This document shows positions 57,852-64,000 of a DNA stretch of 64,000 bases, in pieces. How positions within the stretch are numbered: position 1 is the stretch's first letter; every line of letters starts with the position of its first letter. Under the pieces are notes generated by a model, which had not been told where the DNA came from, made no database searches, and saw only the letters and a program-made list of their open reading frames with translations. The stretch covers positions 210,118-274,117 of the forward strand of contig CAVSNY010000005.1 of NCBI GenBank assembly GCA_963729605.1, written 5' to 3'. The position numbers were made by a program, and so were the translations under genes. This DNA comes from an uncultured Gammaproteobacteria bacterium (lineage in GTDB: Bacteria; Pseudomonadota; Gammaproteobacteria; DRLM01).

Positions 57852-58526
57852 CGCTCGCGCGAGCGCCCAGCAGTGCGGCGCGAGCGTACGAGTACGGCGC
57901 GCCGACGATGCAGCGAGTCAGACGCGCAACACGGTCTTCCGTTGCGCCGGTCGCGCGCGGTTCCAGCGCCGTCCGAGCGCCGAACTGGCACGCGAGCTCG
58001 GTACGGCGCGCCGACGACGGCGGCGACTGAGCAACCGAGTAGAATCTCGCCGGACACCGACGCCAGAGGAGCTCCGCGCGCCGGTCGCAGCTCACGGAGC
58101 GACCATGCGCCTGGCCGTCGGGCCACGAGCCCGTCGTAGACCGCGCCAACGATGCCGGGCCGGTGGCGTCGAGAGCTCGGACGACGTCCGCATCAGACCG
58201 GGTCGGACACGTTCCAGCGGCTATGCGCCGGCGCCTCACCCGAGCTGGCGTCGGCAGCCTGGTCAGCACTGAGTACGGTCTCAAGCGCGGCGTGTCCGGC
58301 CAACCCGAGCGGATGACCTCGGGTTCGGCTCGACCGCGTGGCGATGCCGATTCTGCGGCTCACGTACGCGAGTGCCGCGCTCGAATCGACAGCAGGTCCT
58401 CAGCGCTGGTCGGCAAGCCGGAATTCCTCGCAACTGCGTCCTCGGTCATGGTCACGCCGCCGCCAGCCAGACGTACACCACGACCGCTGTAGACGCCGAG
58501 CTGGTCCCGACGCACCTTGGGCAGCA

Positions 58527-59123
58527 CTAACGCGTCCTGCCTATGTCGATGGTTGTCCGCATACCATTACGCCACCACGACGCAGTCCACGCGCACCCAT
58601 GCGGGCGCTGCTCGGCCGCGTACGCCTGCTCGCTGGGCATCCAGTCGGTCCGCCAGCGCTCGAGCACGTCGGCGTCCCGGGCGAGGATCCGCTGCCAGCG
58701 GACGTCGGCCGGCGCGTCCAGCCACAGCGTGACGTCCCAGGGCACGGCGACCCGGACGTCGGTGGCCGAGACCCCCTCGACGATGACCGGTACACCGGCG
58801 GGCACCTCCACCCAGTCCGCGCCGGTGTCGGTCAGCCAGGTCCCAGCGCTGGTAGCGCGCCGGCCGCCCGGCCAGCAGCGGCTGCAGCACCTGGGCGGTG
58901 AACAGCTCCCGGTCCCAGCCGCGTACGCCGGGCCGGGCGAAGTCGTCGACGGAGACCACCACCGCTCCGGGCAGCGCGGCGGCGATCTCGCGCCGCCAGG
59001 GTGGTCTTGCCGGCGGCCCCGAACCCGTCGATACCGACCCAGCAGGTGCCGGTCCGCCCGGTCAACCGATCCCGCGACCCAGTCCGGCGCCGCGGACCGC
59101 GCGATCGTCTCCGGCACCAGCAC
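58527..59123 (-). CDS. uridine-kinase-like P-loop protein, frameshifted
   Basis: [29 protein letters not shown]. Confidence 0.7.
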   Translation of the reverse strand: MLVPETIARSAAPDWVAGSVDRADRHLLGRYRRVRGRRQDHPGGARSPPRCPERWWSPSTTSPGPAYAAGTGSCSPPRCCSRCWPGGRRATSAGTWLTDTGADWVEVPAGVPVIVEGVSATDVRVAVPWDVTLWLDAPADVRWQRILARDADVLERWRTDWMPSEQAYAAEQRPHGCAWTASWWRNGMRTTIDIGRTR

Positions 59124-59192
59124 CTCCCACGACCGAGCGCGACCGGCATTGCTAGCGTCAGCCTACGAAGCCACCACCGATGAGGGGAGATC

Positions 59193-60182
59193 GTGGAGCA
59201 CACCCGTCAAGGTCGCCGTCACCGGAGCCGCCGGCCAGATCTGCTACAGCCTGCTGTTCCGCATCGCCAGCGGGTCGATGCTCGGACCGGACCAGCCGGT
59301 GGAGCTGCGGCTGCTCGAGATCACCCCCGCGCTCAAGGCGCTCGAGGGGGTGGTGATGGAGCTGGACGACTGCGCGTTCCCGCTGCTGGCCGGGGTGGAG
59401 ATCGGCGACGACCCGAACCAGGTCTTCGACGGGGTCAACCTGGCCTGCCTGGTCGGCGCCCGCCCGCGGACCAAGGGGATGGAGCGCGGCGATCTGCTGG
59501 AGGCCAACGGGGCGATCTTCAAGCCGCAGGGCCAGGCCCTCAACGACCACGCGGCCGACGACGTCAAGGTGTTGATCACCGGCAACCCGGCCAACACCAA
59601 CGCCTTGATCGCCATGAGCAACGCCCCCGACATCCCGGCCGAGCGGTTCAACGCGCTGACCCGGCTGGACCACAACCGGGCCAAGGCCCAGCTGGCCGCC
59701 AAGACCGGGGTCAGTGTGAACGACATCACCCAGATGACGATCTGGGGCAACCACTCGGCGACCCAGTACCCCGACCTGTTCAACGCCCAGGTCGCGGGCG
59801 ACAACGCCGCCGAGCTGGTCGGCGACCAGGACTGGCTGGAGAACACCTTCCTGCCGACGGTGCAGAAGCGCGGCGCGGCGATCATCGAGGCGCGGGGGGC
59901 CAGCTCGGCGGCCAGCGCGGCCAACGCGACCGTCGAGCACATGCGCGACTGGGTGCTCGGCACGCCCGACGGCGACTGGGTGTCGATGGCGGTGCCCTCG
60001 GACGGCTCGTACGGGGTGCGCCGAGGGCCTGATCTCCTCCTTCCCGTGCACCATGTCCGGCGGGCGTACGCGATCGTGCCCGGCCTGGAGATCAACGCTT
60101 CTCCCGCGGCAAGATCGACGCCAGCGTCGCCGAGCTGGCCGAGGAGCGCGACGCGGTCCGGGCGCTGGGCCTGATCGGCTGA
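59193..60182 (+). CDS. mdh: malate dehydrogenase, frameshifted at both ends
   Basis: [42 protein letters not shown]. Confidence 0.94.
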
Positions 60183-60334
60183 TCCGGCGGGCCCTCCGGG
60201 TGCAGGGATGGACCGGCGCCGAGTGCCCCGTTCGGTAAGTCAGACTGTTGCCCATGACTGATTCCGGGCCGGGTGCGCCGCAAGGTGGTGCGTCCGAGCG
60301 CGACGATCTGCCCTGGTCATCCAGCCTGTCCAAC

Positions 60335-60374
60335 AGCAGTGTTATGTCCTGTACCTTGGCACCGACGTATTGCT
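60335..60374 (+). other. Oxford Nanopore ligation adapter remnant (artefact)
   Basis: AGCAG-TGTTATGTCCTGTACCTTGGCACCGACGTATTGCT resembles the adapter ...CCTGTACTTCGTTCAGTTACGTATTGCT, with an exact ACGTATTGCT end. Confidence 0.88.
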
Positions 60375-60418
60375 CGTCTCGCCGCTGCTGACCGGCGGGA
60401 CGCGTAGCGTACGGATGC

Positions 60419-62391
<1,973 letters not shown>

Positions 62392-62458
62392 CAGCGCATC
62401 CCATGGCGCTGCTCTGGGAGGAGTAGAGTCGGGCTCCAGCAGCGGCGAGGAGCCTCGG

Positions 62459-64000
62459 ATGGTCGCGACGGGTCTCGCGACGGAATCGCATCCCCTTGGC
62501 AGCACCGACGTGCTTCGGCGCTTCGCGCCCCCGACGCACCGGACGGCCTTTTGGATCGCGCTGTGGACGGTCACCGTCGCGGCAGTGGTCGTCACGGTCG
62601 TGCTGCCGGCCATCGCCGGGGCTCAGGACGTGAAAGAGCGCGCCGCCGCCGGGGCGATCGCCGGCGCGTTCGCGGGATGCGGGCTGATCGCCTGGCGTCG
62701 GCGCCCCGACAGCCGGAGCGGCCTGTGGATGGTCGCCACCGGCTTCGGGCTGTTCGTCGGACCGCTCCTCGCCGGGTTCGAGTCGCCGACCGTTCAGGAG
62801 TTCAACGACGTCCTCGACGATTTCTGGGCCATCGCGATCATCGCGATCCTACTCACCTTCATGAGCAGCGGGCGGCTCGAGCGGACCGCGGACCGCGTAC
62901 TGGTCGGCGCGATGGGGATTGTTGTTGATCCTGCAGATCGCGCGCGAACTGTTCCTCGCGCACGAAGGCAACTTCCTGCTCGTCCACCCGGATCGCACCG
63001 TTGTCGGCGCGCTCGAAACTGCGTTCGGCCTTCTGGCCGTCTTCGCCTGCCTGGGCACGGCGGTGGTGATCGGTGTCCGCTTCAAGCGCGCGTCGGGCGC
63101 CGCAGCGGCGGGCGATGCTGCCGAGCGTGGCCGGCATCTCCGCACTGTTTCTCGCCGCACTGGCGCAGCCCTCATCGACCTGGAATCTGGTGACCTGGCT
63201 CGTGCTCGCGGCGCTCCTGCTCGTGCCCGGCCGTGTTTCTCGCGAGCATGCTGCACTCGCGGCTGGCCCGCGGCGACCTGAACCGGGCTGTTCGGGGGAC
63301 TGCGCGGATGCTGCGCGGGACCGAGTTGCAGGCACGCCTGGCCGGCTGCCGTCGGGGACCCGAGCCTGGTGGTCGCGTACGCGCGCGACAGCGCTTACGC
63401 CGACTCGGAGGGCGTACCCGTGTCGTTGCCCGCCCGCGGCCGGACGCTCGCTCGCCCAGCTCGATGGGGCGGCGCTCCTCTATGACAGCTCGCTCGATCA
63501 GGACCCGGGCCTGATGGAGGCGGTTTCTCTCAGCGACTGCGATCGCGCTTGAGCACCAGCGGCTGCGGGACGAGTCGCAGGCCTCGCGGCAGCGTCTGAT
63601 CGCTGCCGGCGACGCCGAACGGCGGCGGCTCGAGCGCAACCTGCACGACGGGGCGCAGCAGCGGCTGACGATGCTTTGGCCTTCCAGCTGCGGTTGATTC
63701 AGGACGACATTCACCGTGACCCCGCGGGCGCCGAGGCGCTGGTCACAAACGCGAGCGGCGGAGCTGGCGCGGTGGCTCGACGAACTGCGCGAGCTCGCCC
63801 GCGGCATCCACCCCGCCGTGCTCGAGCACGGGCTCCCGCAGGCGCTGACGTCGCTGGCGGCGCGCTCGGCGGTGCCCACCGCGGTCTCGTGCGACCCCAC
63901 CGGGGAAGTCCCGTCAGCCGTCGAGCTCGCGCTCTACTTCGTCGCCTGTGAAGCACTGGCCAATGTGGCCAAGTACGCGCACGCGACGGCCGGCTCGATC
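62459..64000 (+). CDS. membrane sensor histidine kinase (HisKA_3 type), frameshifted, runs off the window
   Basis: TM helices, ERRRLERNLHDGAQQRL, ELRELARGIHP, EALANVAKYA. Confidence 0.85.

Noticed and set aside
57852-58526. ~680-bp unexplained spacer with a 17-bp direct repeat (GTACGGCGCGCCGACGA, about 57892 and 58001)
   Set aside because: Only two copies in very GC-rich, error-prone sequence; no convincing ORF or array.

Overview
The window is a chimera of three unrelated DNA segments. (1) 1 to about 46645 is a gammaproteobacterial-type chromosome segment: rpsB-tsf-pyrH-frr-uppS-cdsA-dxr-rseP-bamA-skp-lpxD-fabZ-lpxA-lpxB, map-glnD-rhombosortase, alaC-hom-thrC, surE-pcm-nlpD-rpoS, signalling genes and nuoJKLMN. 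(2) About 46645-60334 is a high-GC, frameshift-rich actinobacterial-type segment (Na+/H+ antiporter, ECF sigma, trpS, ugd, icd, mdh). (3) 60375-64000 is another high-GC segment (ligA, histidine kinase), joined through a recognisable Oxford Nanopore adapter. The most interesting biology is an AT-richer island at about 18870-24890, between the rhombosortase gene and thrC. It is an integron cassette array with no integrase gene. It contains two ~90%-identical copies of a ~180-bp promoter+attI-like platform, several attC sites (many truncated next to REP/REPIN elements), a toxin-antitoxin cassette and an IS5 element. One cassette appears to encode a ~240-nt rod-like structured RNA followed by a tRNA-like T-arm/acceptor end. 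All calls were made by eye from the sequence and the supplied ORFs; no database searches were run.
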